This document shows positions 13,201 to 24,400 of a DNA stretch of 64,000 nt, piece after piece (within the stretch, counting starts at the first letter, position 1; the number at the start of each line of letters is the position of its first letter). The stretch comes from Takakia lepidozioides (taxonomy: Eukaryota; Plantae; Bryophyta): assembly GCA_030704615.1 (NCBI GenBank), contig CM060732.1, forward strand, positions 79,794,001 to 79,858,000. The letters run 5' to 3'. The notes under the pieces are model-generated. The model made no database searches. It had not been told where the DNA came from and saw only the letters and a program-made list of their open reading frames with translations. Position numbers and translations under genes: made by a program.

Positions 13201-15281
13201 CCTTCTCATTGCTCTTACGTTGTGGCATGTTCTGATGGAAGAGACACCCACGAGTGGGTTTTATTGCTTGTGCAGAATTAGTTGTTATGTGATATGCAGG
13301 GCAGTGCTTTGTCCATATGCTCCTGGCATTTTGTACTGACAGTGTGTGGATGGGCAAATACAGAAAAGACGCAAAGCGCGGAGCCCGTCACTGTCCGAGC
13401 TCGGGGCGGAGTGCAAGAACGCTGCGACTGGCACCCCATCAGAGTCTGTTTTGAGCCAGGTATGTTTTGAAGTCCGGTTTCCATTCATGAATCTGTTGTT
13501 GTACTAAGATTTGGTGGGTATGTGGGGCCCCCACGCATGGTACACGAGGGGTGTTATGCCAAACCTAGCCATCTCCGAATGCCTGAAATCCTGCACATTC
13601 GGCCTCTTCTTCTGGTTTTTAACAGTACGGGTGGGTGTTTGTATGCGTAGGGAGCGGGGAACTCAATGGCAGCCCGCATCGGGGCCCTGGAGAGGCTTGC
13701 GGCTCTCTCTGCGGAGCGGGAGAGGGGAATGGAAGCACAACTGAAGAAGATAGTGGAACTCATGATGGGGCAAAAAGGGGGTGTGACGGGTGGCATTATG
13801 GAAGACCCCCTGCTGCGACCATTGTACCTGACAAGGAGGAAGTAATTGTAGTGGGTAGGGATGTGACAGAGGTCCGGGCTGTTGTTGATGATATTCACAG
13901 TGGGGGGCAGGGTCCACTCGTTGAAGAGGGAGAGGTCCATAAGTTGGTGGGGATGACATGGACGATGGGGGGGTCATTGCTCATGATGGGGAGAAGGGGA
14001 AGCTGTAGGGGGAGAGGGTGGTAGTTTGCCTGGTCCAGGCTGCAGGGGGACCGAAACTTTGCCCTCCGGGGTGACTGTTGTCTCCCAACCCACTGAGGTG
14101 AGACCCCGTGACACCCCTTCAAAAGCTCCTTTCATAGAAAAGTTGAAACTAATTGTTCTAGACTGGCAGCTTGAATGTGGGAGAGGATGGGGTCGTTGGG
14201 GGAAGTACTTCTGCGCCCATGCATGTGAAACTAACCTTATTGTTTGCAACATGACATCGAAGCCAAAGTCCATGTTTGTTTTGTTCCCCCCGGATGCCCT
14301 CTCACGCAAGGCTGGCACTATATGTTTTGCAGGGACCACATGTACAGGGAGTGGCAGTGGGGTCGAATGTGAAGAAGGTGGGTCCTGCACCTACGACCAT
14401 AGTGCTACGGCGGCAGCATTCCGGATTCCCCCCCGGCATGAGGAGGCAGCGCCCAAGGTATGGTTGTTCCCAGCCCCTCTCCGCAAACTTACTTGGTTGG
14501 TTTCCTTTATGGATACACTTCCTGAAGCGTTGCAATGTGTATTCATTGCAGGTGAGCAAGAGGAGTGGGCTGTCCCCGGCACCATCATCGCAGCAGGACG
14601 TGGTTCCCCAGGCATGCATTCATGGCTCCTTGCTTTGCCTGGCTGGTTTTTAGTAGGGTTATTTTTGCCAGGAAGTTGTAGTGCTAGGGTCTGAGCAGGG
14701 TGTTTGTTAGCTTGCTCCGTGGAGGTGTGTTTATACCATTGCAACCACCAGAGTTCATGTTATTCTTATCCGTCTGACTAAACCTCTTTTTGCTGCTGCA
14801 GTTGAAGACACGTGGGCAGCTTTCCTCAGTTGCCACCCTCAGCGACGAGCTTCGCTTCAAGGTACGTTGGTACACCGTGAATTGGCTGCTGATTCAGTAT
14901 TGTGGCAACCAAGATCGTTTCCATGCCCAGCTGCGCTTGACTTTCACCCTGTCATTGCTATGTTTGTTGCTGAGTGGACCCTGATGTTGGTGTCTGCAGA
15001 TATCAGATCCTGTGTTTCTCCTGAACCCCCATGACAAGCGGTCAAAGACAGCCGCCGCCAAGGCGGAAGTGGTGGGAATAGCCGGGGTTGACAAGTTCCA
15101 CTGCAAGGACATTCGATCCGGGTGGTACAAGGTGAAAGTCCACGAGATCATGCTTCCAAGTGTTACATTGCCTTGCCCAAATGTGGACGATGCCCCCCCC
15201 CAGACCACACTAGCGCACGTGAAAGGCACGGTGACTCTGTGGCCAGAGAAGAGTATGAGGAAAGGTGAAAGTATCAAGTGA
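10260..15281 (+). pseudogene. CACTA TnpA-type gene (Transposase_24-like domain and C-terminal Tnp1-like domain), multi-exon, frameshifted
   Basis: Exon 1 MSTPSKKR.. ends at a GT near 10560. Exon ~12262-13185 has PAYWDKLVAYWES..AEGMKQAR..SRWGRAG. Exon ~13364-13459 reads KRRKARSPSLSEL. Last exon ~14999-15281 has FHCKDIRSGWYKVKV..LPCPN..QTTL..VTLWP. Confidence 0.8.
10608..11755 (-). mobile_element. 5'-truncated RTE-X-type LINE fragment in intron 1 of the TnpA gene
   Basis: LLYADD, VNLSKTKIMVF, YRYLG, and C-terminal FRVGSHNLRIETGRW..R.C..C..ETEEHFFFYC. Short (GTTTCA)n 3' tail at ~10608-10623. No convincing TSD found. Confidence 0.85.
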
Positions 15282-17137
15282 CATTTCATGTTTGTAGTCC
15301 CTGTTGGGTGTGTAATGATACTCATAGAAGTGTGTATGATACTCACGTTACCAGTTTTGAACATTTGGGCCATGACAGTTTAAGTGATGTCCGGCAACCA
15401 TGTATGTTGGCATTTAGTCTTGCTCATATGCAGGTGTGCCGTGACGGTCTCTAATTTGAATGTAATATCACATTTCCTGACTGTCGTCGTGTCCGTCCAC
15501 CTTCTATGTGTATGTGTGATGGTCTTTGGTCTCCCTTGTTGCCTCGTCTATTTATGTTGTGCATGCATCGTGGTCTGTGTTCTCAGTCTCGCCCAGTATC
15601 ATTGCTTCTCAATTCCCCCTGCATATGGGTGAACCACTAAAACCAGTAGAATGCATCAGAACCATATTTTCAGCTTAGAATGCAGGTCAGTTGGAAACTC
15701 ACACAAACCACTACAAGTGCTCATTTTTCGTGCTTTCCTACTGTAGTGCAACCAACTAGCACAGTGGCAGCGGAGTTGGCCAAAGCAATCCCGAGATGGC
15801 ACAAGCACTATGCGTCTTTCCACTAGCAGTCGTACCCGTCACTGCCATTGCGTGGGGACGACGCCACGCGTCGACCCACACACTCTCCACGTGGTCCCCG
15901 TGGATTCGTCTGCCGGAAGTTGTGCAGTTGACTTCGCCGGTGGCTGTTGCGACGTCACATGCAGCACTCCAAGTGATGTGGCCGACTGCGATGTGGCATC
16001 TTGGGCCCGTGGCCACGCGGCAGCATTGCCGCTCGTCGCGGCGCCGCCACATCGGCATCCACGTCCGCATCCACGTCCGCATCCATGTGTCACCGCGCCC
16101 CGGGTGAGCAGTTGTTCGCGGTGACTCTGTGGCCAGAGAAGAGTATGAGGAAAGGTGAAAGTATCAAGTGACATTTCATGTTTGTAGTCCCTGTTGGGTG
16201 TGTAATGATACTCATAGAAGTGTGTATGATACTCACGTTACCAGTTTTGAACATTTGGGCCATGACAGTTTAAGTGATGTCCGGCAACCATGTATGTTGG
16301 CATTTAGTCTTGCTCATATGCAGGTGTGCCGTGACGGTCTCTAATTTGAATGTAATATCACATTTCCTGACTTGTCGTCGTGTCCGTCCACCTTCTATGT
16401 GTATGTGTGATGGTCTTTGGTCTCCCTGTTGCCTCGTCTATTTGGTTCATTAGCGTGATGTTGTGCATGCATCGTGGTCTGTGTTCTCAGTCTCGCCCAA
16501 TATCATTGCTTCTCAATTCCCCCTGCATATGGGTGAACCACTAAAACCAGTAGAATGCATCAGAACCATATTTTCAACTTAGAATGCAGGTTAGTTGGAA
16601 ACTCACACAAACCACTACAAGTGCTCATTTTTCGTGCTTTCCTACTGTAGTGCAACCAACTAGCACAGTGGCAGCGGAGTTGGCCAAAGCAATCCCGAGA
16701 TGGCACAAACACTCTGCGTCGTTCCACTAGCAGTCGTACTCGTCACTGCCATTGCGTGGGGACGACGCCACGCGTCGACCCACACACTCTCCACGTGGTC
16801 CCCGTGGATTCGTCTACCGGAAGTTGTGCAGTTGACTTCGCTAGTGGCTGTTGCGACGTCAAGGCATCACTCCAAGTGATGTGGCCGACTGCGATGTGGC
16901 GTCTTGGGCCCGTGGCCACGCGGCAGCATTGCCGCTCGTCGCGGCGCCGCCACATCGGCATCCACGTCCGCATCCACGTCCGCGTCCATGTGTCACCGCG
17001 CCCCGGGTGAGTCAGTCCACTCATCCGGAGGGAAAAGTCAAAGTCAGCCCAAAAGGTCAGACACACGGGCGGCCCGCCTAGTTACGCCACGTGGTTCTTC
17101 AGCATTAATCGCATTAATCGCTGAGCAGTTGTTCGCG
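15231..17137 (+). repeat. Tandem duplication (15231-16120 and 16121-17137) near the right end of the CACTA
   Basis: gtgactctgtggccagagaagagtatgagg... recurs at 15231 and 16121 with near identity; copy 1 lacks ~114 bp present in copy 2. Confidence 0.95.
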
Positions 17138-17348
17138 CGTCTGCGTCCTTTACCACTCCAATCATTGGATGTCCAACCCAACTACCACGTCTGTTGTAAC
17201 TAGTCTGTTGTAACTTCCAGTCGATCCCAATTTTTTGACTTTTACGACTCAAAATGAGTCGTTACCCCAGTGGTAAATGACACGAATGCTTCTAGTGCAG
17301 GTAAGGCAATGGAAGTTCATTGGTAGGGGGGAGGGATTGAGAACAAAC

Positions 17349-19400
17349 CGAATGGCGTTAATCTCAGCATCGACATTGTCCACAATGAATGCGTTGGGAC
17401 GCCAATCCGGCTGATTGGCCTGGAGCCTTTGACGAAGAGCCAACATCCAACTTGACAAATCGTTGGCATTGTTTCTTGAAGATATTATGTATGCAACAGG
17501 GATGCCGTTCAGCCAAATGTCGAAGACCATAACAGTATACATGACATACTGCACACAAAGACAAAAATGTACAATGTAAGTACTTTTGTTTTGAAAATAG
17601 GCGAAACATTTTACTGAAATTAATGACAAGAAATCACAGGAGGTGAACCCTGAACCCTGCAACCCCTTCTGTTCTCATTTTAGTATTATGTGATCCCCCC
17701 TGTGGGCTATGCCATGATCCCCTGGAAGGAGACCATCCCTCCATCATTCCTCTCTATAACCCCCCAAGGCATGCATTTGCTAAGTTGTCTTCCCTCCTGC
17801 CTGCGCACCCCTCACTACGAATCACACAAGTACACGTCATGGTCCCAAAATGGTCCCAACATATACATGGCAGTATACATAATGGAGTTTGGCCTATGTG
17901 TCTAGTCCCCTAATGGGCTGAGGCAGCCGTGGTGTCGAATTCGATAGGGGGATTAATAGGTCACTGGTGATGACCCAATGTCGTGATCCCCTACACATTG
18001 GATAAGGCTATGGTCCCCCTGTGCCCCTGCTCTCCACTGATCCCCTGCTCCCCACTGATCCCCTTCACAGTGAAAGATGCTATGCTCTCATGCTCCCAGG
18101 AGTCCACGCCGTCGATTCCACACACCTTGTGTTCATTCGTTCCGAAGGTCGCATCACAAGAGACGATACGTTTGTCACCCATTTGGAGCATTGTTTTTTT
18201 CTGAAATTCTGTTTGAATGCCAATGGCAAATTTGAGGTCGACATTGCCGCGCCGTGTTCCTCCAGCAGGGGCATCGGGCGTGTCCTCTTGATAGAAGAAA
18301 ACACTCTAGAGCTGGGTCTCCTTCCACATCTTCAGATTGGTCCCCTCATCCTTATGTCGCTTGAAAGTCTCACATGCCAGCTTGTCCATAATGTTTCTAA
18401 TGTCATGCTCAAGCACAACATCATCACGACACCACTTCTCTCCATTGACATTGCTGTCAAATACCTGTTGTTCATGTGGGCCATGATTTCAGCAGGCGAC
18501 AACCCAGCACGTATGCTATCCGTTATCCACATCTTAACCTCTTCACTAAGGTGAGGTGCGTGCGCGAAACGGGTGTTACTTGAAGTCGGGTCAATGTGGC
18601 CATGGCAGACCTTGTCACATCCATCAACATGGTTTTTGTTGTAGTATGTTATGACAGCAAGAGAAGGATCCAGGTAGCATCGTCCAATCCTAAACTGACA
18701 GAGGCAACCCCTCTTGATGGACTCTCCCTGAACGACTTTCTTCTGTCTCGGCCTTTTGTGGTTGTTGTAAGAAGACGATGAAGCATCTAGCACACACCCT
18801 CTCCTGCCGTTCCTTCTCTTCAAAGAATGTTTATTGACAGGTATTGCATTTGTGCGCTTGTCCTCAGGTCCATAAGAACAATGGAACCTGAACAATGATG
18901 AGAACTATGTCGACAGAGTGGAATACTCGGAGCAAGAGAGCATAGCATTTTGACAAAATAGAAGAGCAAACAATGCAAACAAGCAGCATGCCATTACAAA
19001 GAACACATAGAGACCATCCATAAACCACAAAGGTGAAGGCGGACTTTATGACAAGAGAGCAACTATTGGCCCTTGGAGCTAAGAGCTCGCCCTCCTCATG
19101 CTTTCTTTTTTTAGGCACTGTTCTATTGAAGTGAGTGGGCGCCTCTGCCCTTTCTTCCTCCCCTCTCACAAAATTGTCAATCCTGCTCCAAGGAATGACT
19201 GCAACATCCGTATATACACGATATCCACCTCCACTTGAAATAGTTGGAGTCCATATAAGCGACCTGTGGTTGAAAGAACCATCCGGGGGGATTTGCAACG
19301 TGCCACGCAGCTGTGATAGAAGGAATGACGTGCGCAACTCCAAAGATCCAGTCATGATGCCCGGCACACATGCAGGAACAGTGTACACATCCGCAGACCA
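17349..19400 (-). pseudogene. MULE-type DDE transposase related to the At4g13970/At1g60560 family; 3' part missing
   Basis: Exons ~19300-19045, 18887-18126 and 17548-17349 read IPWSRIDNFVRGE; HCSYGPED; KRGCLCQF; HVD..CHG; IGIQTEFQ..CDATFGTN; VMVFD..GIPVAYII; AFIVDNVDAEINAIR. In-frame stop near 18306 and a frameshift. Confidence 0.85.
17690..18066. repeat. GATCCCC motif cluster within a transposase intron
   Basis: 5 exact GATCCCC plus GGTCCCC-type variants inside intron 17549-18125. Confidence 0.8.
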
Positions 19401-19638
19401 CACGCGTCTTGTAGAAACAGTACACATCAGCAAATTACACGCACAAATGCAGCATACACGCGCGCAAAGAGGATCAAATCTGCAAGCAGCCGGAAACCCT
19501 AAATTTCAATACATCCACTCCGTTCATCTCACAGACCAAAATGGCGGGGGATGTGCATGGCCGTTGGATGGGGGAGGACGACATAGATGAACAGAATGAT
19601 AGCCACGTGCAAACAGCCCTGACATTTGACGCGTGGAA

Positions 19639-20330
19639 GGGGGATCGCTCCCCGGGGGGGGGGGGAGCGGAAGGATGGGGGATCAACGGGAGGGGGCCAT
19701 GGGGGGGGGAACGATCACCTGTTCCGCCGGTCGGGGGGAGTGGCGACGTGCCGGGGGACGCGCCGTGGATGGGAAGTGGGGATCGGCGGCGGGGGGAGCG
19801 CCACGTGCCGTCCGATGGGTGGAGGGGGATCAAACACCGCATTGGACGGGGGATCAACCGAGGGGGGGGCAGCGACGTGTCGGGGGATCGGGCTGTCGAT
19901 GGGAAGAGGGGATCGACGGCGGGGGAGCGGGAGGATGGCAGGGGGATGAGGGGCGGATGACACACAACATCCACTGTTTGTGAGGTCGGATGGATGCGCA
20001 TGGGATCGACGGTCTGGGGGAGCCGCACGTGGCGGGCGATTAGGGTTGGGGGATCACTCCCGGTCCGGAAGGGGGATCAAGGCGCGTCGGGGGGAGCGGC
20101 GACGTCTCGGGGGAGCACGCCGTGGATGGGAGGAGGAGATCAACGGCGGTGGGAGCGCCACGTGGCGATGGGGCGCGTCATGGGGCCTTCATCCGGCCGT
20201 CATCCATTCAATTGAGGTTGGATGGATGGGGAGGGGATCGACGGTTCGGGGTAGCGCCACGTGGCTGAGATGGGGGTGGGGGATCACTCGGCACTGGAAG
20301 GGGGATCAACCCTATGAGGGGATCCACAGT
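19639..20330. repeat. GGGGATC motif array upstream of the MULE-like transposase
   Basis: 13 exact GGGGATC counted in ~690 bp, interleaved with CACGTG/GACGTG; orientation opposite to the intronic clusters. Confidence 0.85.
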
Positions 20331-20949
20331 GGGGGGCGGCCACGTGGCTGGAGATCGGGCGGTGCTGTGGGCGCCGCGCGGCCAGCGGTGGGGTGGGGGT
20401 CAGGGGTCCGGGCGGGCGGGGGCGGGGCAACGGGCGGAGGGGTGGGGATGATTTGACATGGGGCGTCCAGCTCGCGACGAGGCTGCCGGAGCGGGGTTCC
20501 GGCTGTACCTCACGGGCCGTACCCACCCGACACCTCCCACGCTTGCAATAAAATCAAGCCACATCCATATTGGGACCGGACAGTCCATAAAATAGTACTA
20601 GATTTCAAATTTCAAATTTCAAATTTGAACATGTGTAGCCATGCATCTGATGGCTTCACTCCCACTATGGTCATCATGTTAGGATCATGACCACATGTGA
20701 CATCTGCAATGTATGGGTGTATGTTTGACATGATTCATGTGTTGTGATGACTGCTGGCGGGCGGGGGAGGGCGGGCCCGGCGGGGGGGTGGTTGGAGGGG
20801 CGGGGGGGCCGGGGGGGGGGCGGGTAGGGGGTCCCGGGCCGCGGGGACCGCGAGCCGCGCAGGAGCTGCGAAGTGGGTGCGTCTGGGGGCGTGGGGGGTG
20901 CCACGCAGGCAGGACCCTTGGGCTCGCACTAAACTTTCTAATGTCTGCC

Positions 20950-21006
20950 AAGGTCTTAATGAGGGGAAGCTGGCCCGACTGCAACGCTTCCCCTCATTAA
21001 GACCTT
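20950..21006. repeat. Perfect 21-bp inverted repeat with 15-nt loop
   Basis: aaggtcttaatgaggggaagc (20950-20970) / gcttcccctcattaagacctt (20986-21006). Confidence 0.95.
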
Positions 21007-21486
21007 CTGATCACTGACGACTAATCTATGACAGTGCACATGGGGCACACAGGTTCGCTCGTGTGGGTCACATGTGCTCCAAGAGCGGTGACAGGCTCGC
21101 ACCGATAAACTATTGCACAAATATGGTGTCATCGTTATTGGCTAAGCTGGCCATGTGGGGCACAAGGGCTCGGACATGTGAGTCACGTGGGCATGAAGAG
21201 CACGCTCAACCGCATCAGCTGCTTTTTGCATTACCTTCTTCCAGGTAACTTCACGTTTGGGGCCGGGCTCTTCTGAGGAGGGGAAACAATGAACCCCCTT
21301 TGATATTAAGTTTAATAAGCCATGCAGCCTACAAGAGACAGCGACCGTTGGATGGAAACTGGAGGTATGAGTGTGAGAGTTGTCTTCCTGAGCTGGTAGA
21401 ACATCAGTGTTCACAATTTGCTTCCTAAAACCAGGGCGAACGATCCTTCCAAATAGTTGCCATCGCTGTGTGTGAGAGAAGGAGCT

Positions 21487-24400
21487 ATGGCATCAACACT
21501 ACCTCCGTCTCTACAGTTGGTTACAACATTGGCGTCCCATTGTGCGCTGAGGTCGTTCGAGATGCTGCAATCCGCAGGCGACCAAGCCCAGCTTGCCATG
21601 CAGGGGTTGCCGGCAGGCTCCCCTCCAGGCCCGCAGCACAGCATGGATTTGGAGCTCGCCCGAGACCCCTTACAATGCATGGACGCACTGAAGGCTCGTT
21701 ATGGAGGTGTGGTGGGATTCAAGCTTGGGTTCCGACCCTGCGTCCTTGTCAGTTCCCCGTCAGTGCTCTTATGCTTACCCTTAACAACGTTTTTTCTTGA
21801 AGCACTCTTTGCTCGAAAATTTACCAAGGAAAATCACTCTTGGAACACTCGCATTTGGCTGGTCCTGTCTAGGATCACATTCATAGGGCAGCATTTGCTT
21901 AACGACGTGGCAAATCTGAGAGTTAAGTCCATAAAGCTTCTCGATAGTGTTCACGCTAAATCAAATCAATGGTGAGGGACACTATACATTTCATAGACAG
22001 TGTTGCAGAATAAACTGACTCTCTGGGAAATAATCTGAAATGCCGTAAAGTGGGTCCATTCCAAGCACTGGTGGGAATTGAAGGAAAGAACTGATTGTGA
22101 CTAAGTACTGGTTACACCTGATTGGAATTCGGGAGACAGTTCTGTATCAGGCAAATTTCTCGCTCATCGAACTGTGACATTCAATTTGAATTCAGGCCAT
22201 CTGTGAATTGGCTGAGGTGAGGATTAATGTGCTGAACAGCCATATTCACGAGGCTGCATGTTGTACAGCCATCAAATGTATGTTGCTTACTTCTAAAATC
22301 CATTGAGGACTACATGGACAAGGAGTAGCTACAATTTTGACCTTGATTGATTGAAGTCAACTAACCATCATGTGAAAATGCTTTTCAGAGTGTTAGCACC
22401 GTTCTAGAAATCAAGTGAGAGTATGGGAGCCCGACATGACACTTTCATCTTGGTTGCTGTGTGTGATGTAAGCAGGGCATATGCCAGACAGGTTCTCATA
22501 ACGCAAAGCAGTACCTTTGTTAAGGTCGGTCTTTCCTTCTCCCAACTATATGATGAGTGGAGCAGTCTTGTAGGCAATGGCCTGGCGTTCAGTGATGGAG
22601 AAATTTGGAGAAGGCATCGCCGGCTCTTAAACCCTGCATTTCGAAAAGCCACCATCAACACTTATGCTCAGGCATGCCCCTCTTAAAATCTTCTCCTTTT
22701 CAAGAACGTTGTACTTTTCATTACGACATATCATTACCAGTTCAATTGTGCACCATGAACTTCAGCATTGGTATACATAGTCCACTGAAAGGTAGTGGAT
22801 GCAAGTGGTTTTGGCATGTTCCGAATCCAATTTGTTAGTCGCAGGAGCCCTTGTTTCTAGGGTTGAAGCTGTAAATTGGATGGATACAAGTCTCCCAGTA
22901 CCCAGTTGTAAGAGAGAATTGTATATCTTACGTACAATGTGACTTAGTATGCTGCCTACCTGCCCGCCAAATTTGCAGTATCTTGTTTCATACAAAATAT
23001 AAGGGTATTCTATCCTTTAGCAACTCATTTTCTAAAGGATACCTTGTTTGAGGAGCTAAGGAAGAACGCAAGATGTGGTCAATGAAAAATATCAACAGTC
23101 CCTGAAAACTTCACATTTCTGTAACTTAAAGAATTGGTTGTAGAGAGTCCATAAGATGAGTCATGCACTCGCATTCATTTTCCATGTAAAGCCAAGTCCT
23201 TGTCAGAAAACTTGTTTCATCTAAAGAATAATGTGTGCCTGAGAGGCTGGAAATTGTAGGTGATGGTGAAGTCAACCAGCACAATGATGGAGGAGAAGTG
23301 GCTGCAAGGTGGGGTGCGAGATGTCTATGCGGACTTCAACGAATTGACAGTGAAGATTATAGCCACATCACTTTTTGGGGTCTGTGAGGGGTCAGAGGCC
23401 GCAGCTGACGTTGGTCCTGCCATCACCTCAGCGTTTCAATTCTTGACACAGCGAGCCACCTCCGGGTTTATCGGTGTGTGCCTTGACTAACATCCCCCAC
23501 CTCACACACAGTTGTTATGTGAAGGTTTGCACATACCTTTGTCAAGCCTCGGCACAGGCGATGTCTTAGGATATCCGAAGTGAGTTTGACTGTAGGCATC
23601 AGGAGCAATATACCATTGAATACTGTTGCCCATGTTATAGTTCATATTTGCACACTGTCCTTGATGATGCCCACAGTGCCCGATTGGGTGCCAACCCTGG
23701 ACAACATACAGTACCAGTCAGCAGTGAGCAGGTTGGACAGGGTTGTTTATCAGTTGATTGCTGAAAGAAGGGAGCAGCTGGCTGTCCTGTCACAGTCTTC
23801 TCTGGCCTCCTCAAGTCAGGACCTCTTAACAAAACTACTGCAGGTGAGTGCATGACCTGATTTAATACCATGCCTTGCAAAATGTCAAGCCACTCCTCGT
23901 CAGAAATTTATCCATCTGAGATTTCTGAATGGCTGGTCTGGCCACATGTTGTGCTGCATCATTTCTATTGGCTTTATTATTTGTGGTGCCATTTGTCTGA
24001 AAGTAGATTGATTGAAATTGTCTGGAGTCATGTATGCAGGCAAGAGATGAGGATGGATCAGGGATGGATGATAAGTCGCTGCGTGATGAGCTGTTGACCC
24101 TGCTTGCTGCAGTATGTGTCTTTTCTTCTTCCTGTTCTACTGAATCTAACAAGTCAGCCATAAGTGGCTCTTTTTACTTCTCCTACTTTAAAGTGGTAAG
24201 GGTTGCTTATGAATAGCCTGGTGCCTCTGGGAAAGCAACCCTCCCAGGCCCAATCTTAAAGTCAGACAGCTGATGACAATCCAGCTACTGAGCCTTAAGT
24301 ATTGACAGAAGCATACCAGGTGGACAATATACTCGTCCCACTAGTGTGATGCATGTGGCCTGTGGCAGTGGTATCTATTAGTCAAGGGGAAGTGACCACT

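Larger units (their letters stand above)
2174..17297. mobile_element. Full-length CACTA (En/Spm) DNA transposon, ~15.1 kb
   Basis: TIR CACTAGAAGCATTCGTGTC at 2174-2192 and its exact reverse complement at 17279-17297. 3-bp TSD CAG at 2171-2173 and 17298-17300. Subterminal ACGACT...AGTCGT palindromes near both ends. TnpD and TnpA genes inside. Confidence 0.96.

Noticed and set aside
15756-17203. Paired ORFs ending HIGIHVRIHVRIHV
   Set aside because: Explained by the tandem duplication and a 12-bp repeat in GC-rich subterminal DNA
19474-21000. Many overlapping Gly/Pro/Arg-rich ORFs
   Set aside because: These arise from stop-codon scarcity in G-rich motif arrays; no domain signal and no rRNA similarity recognised
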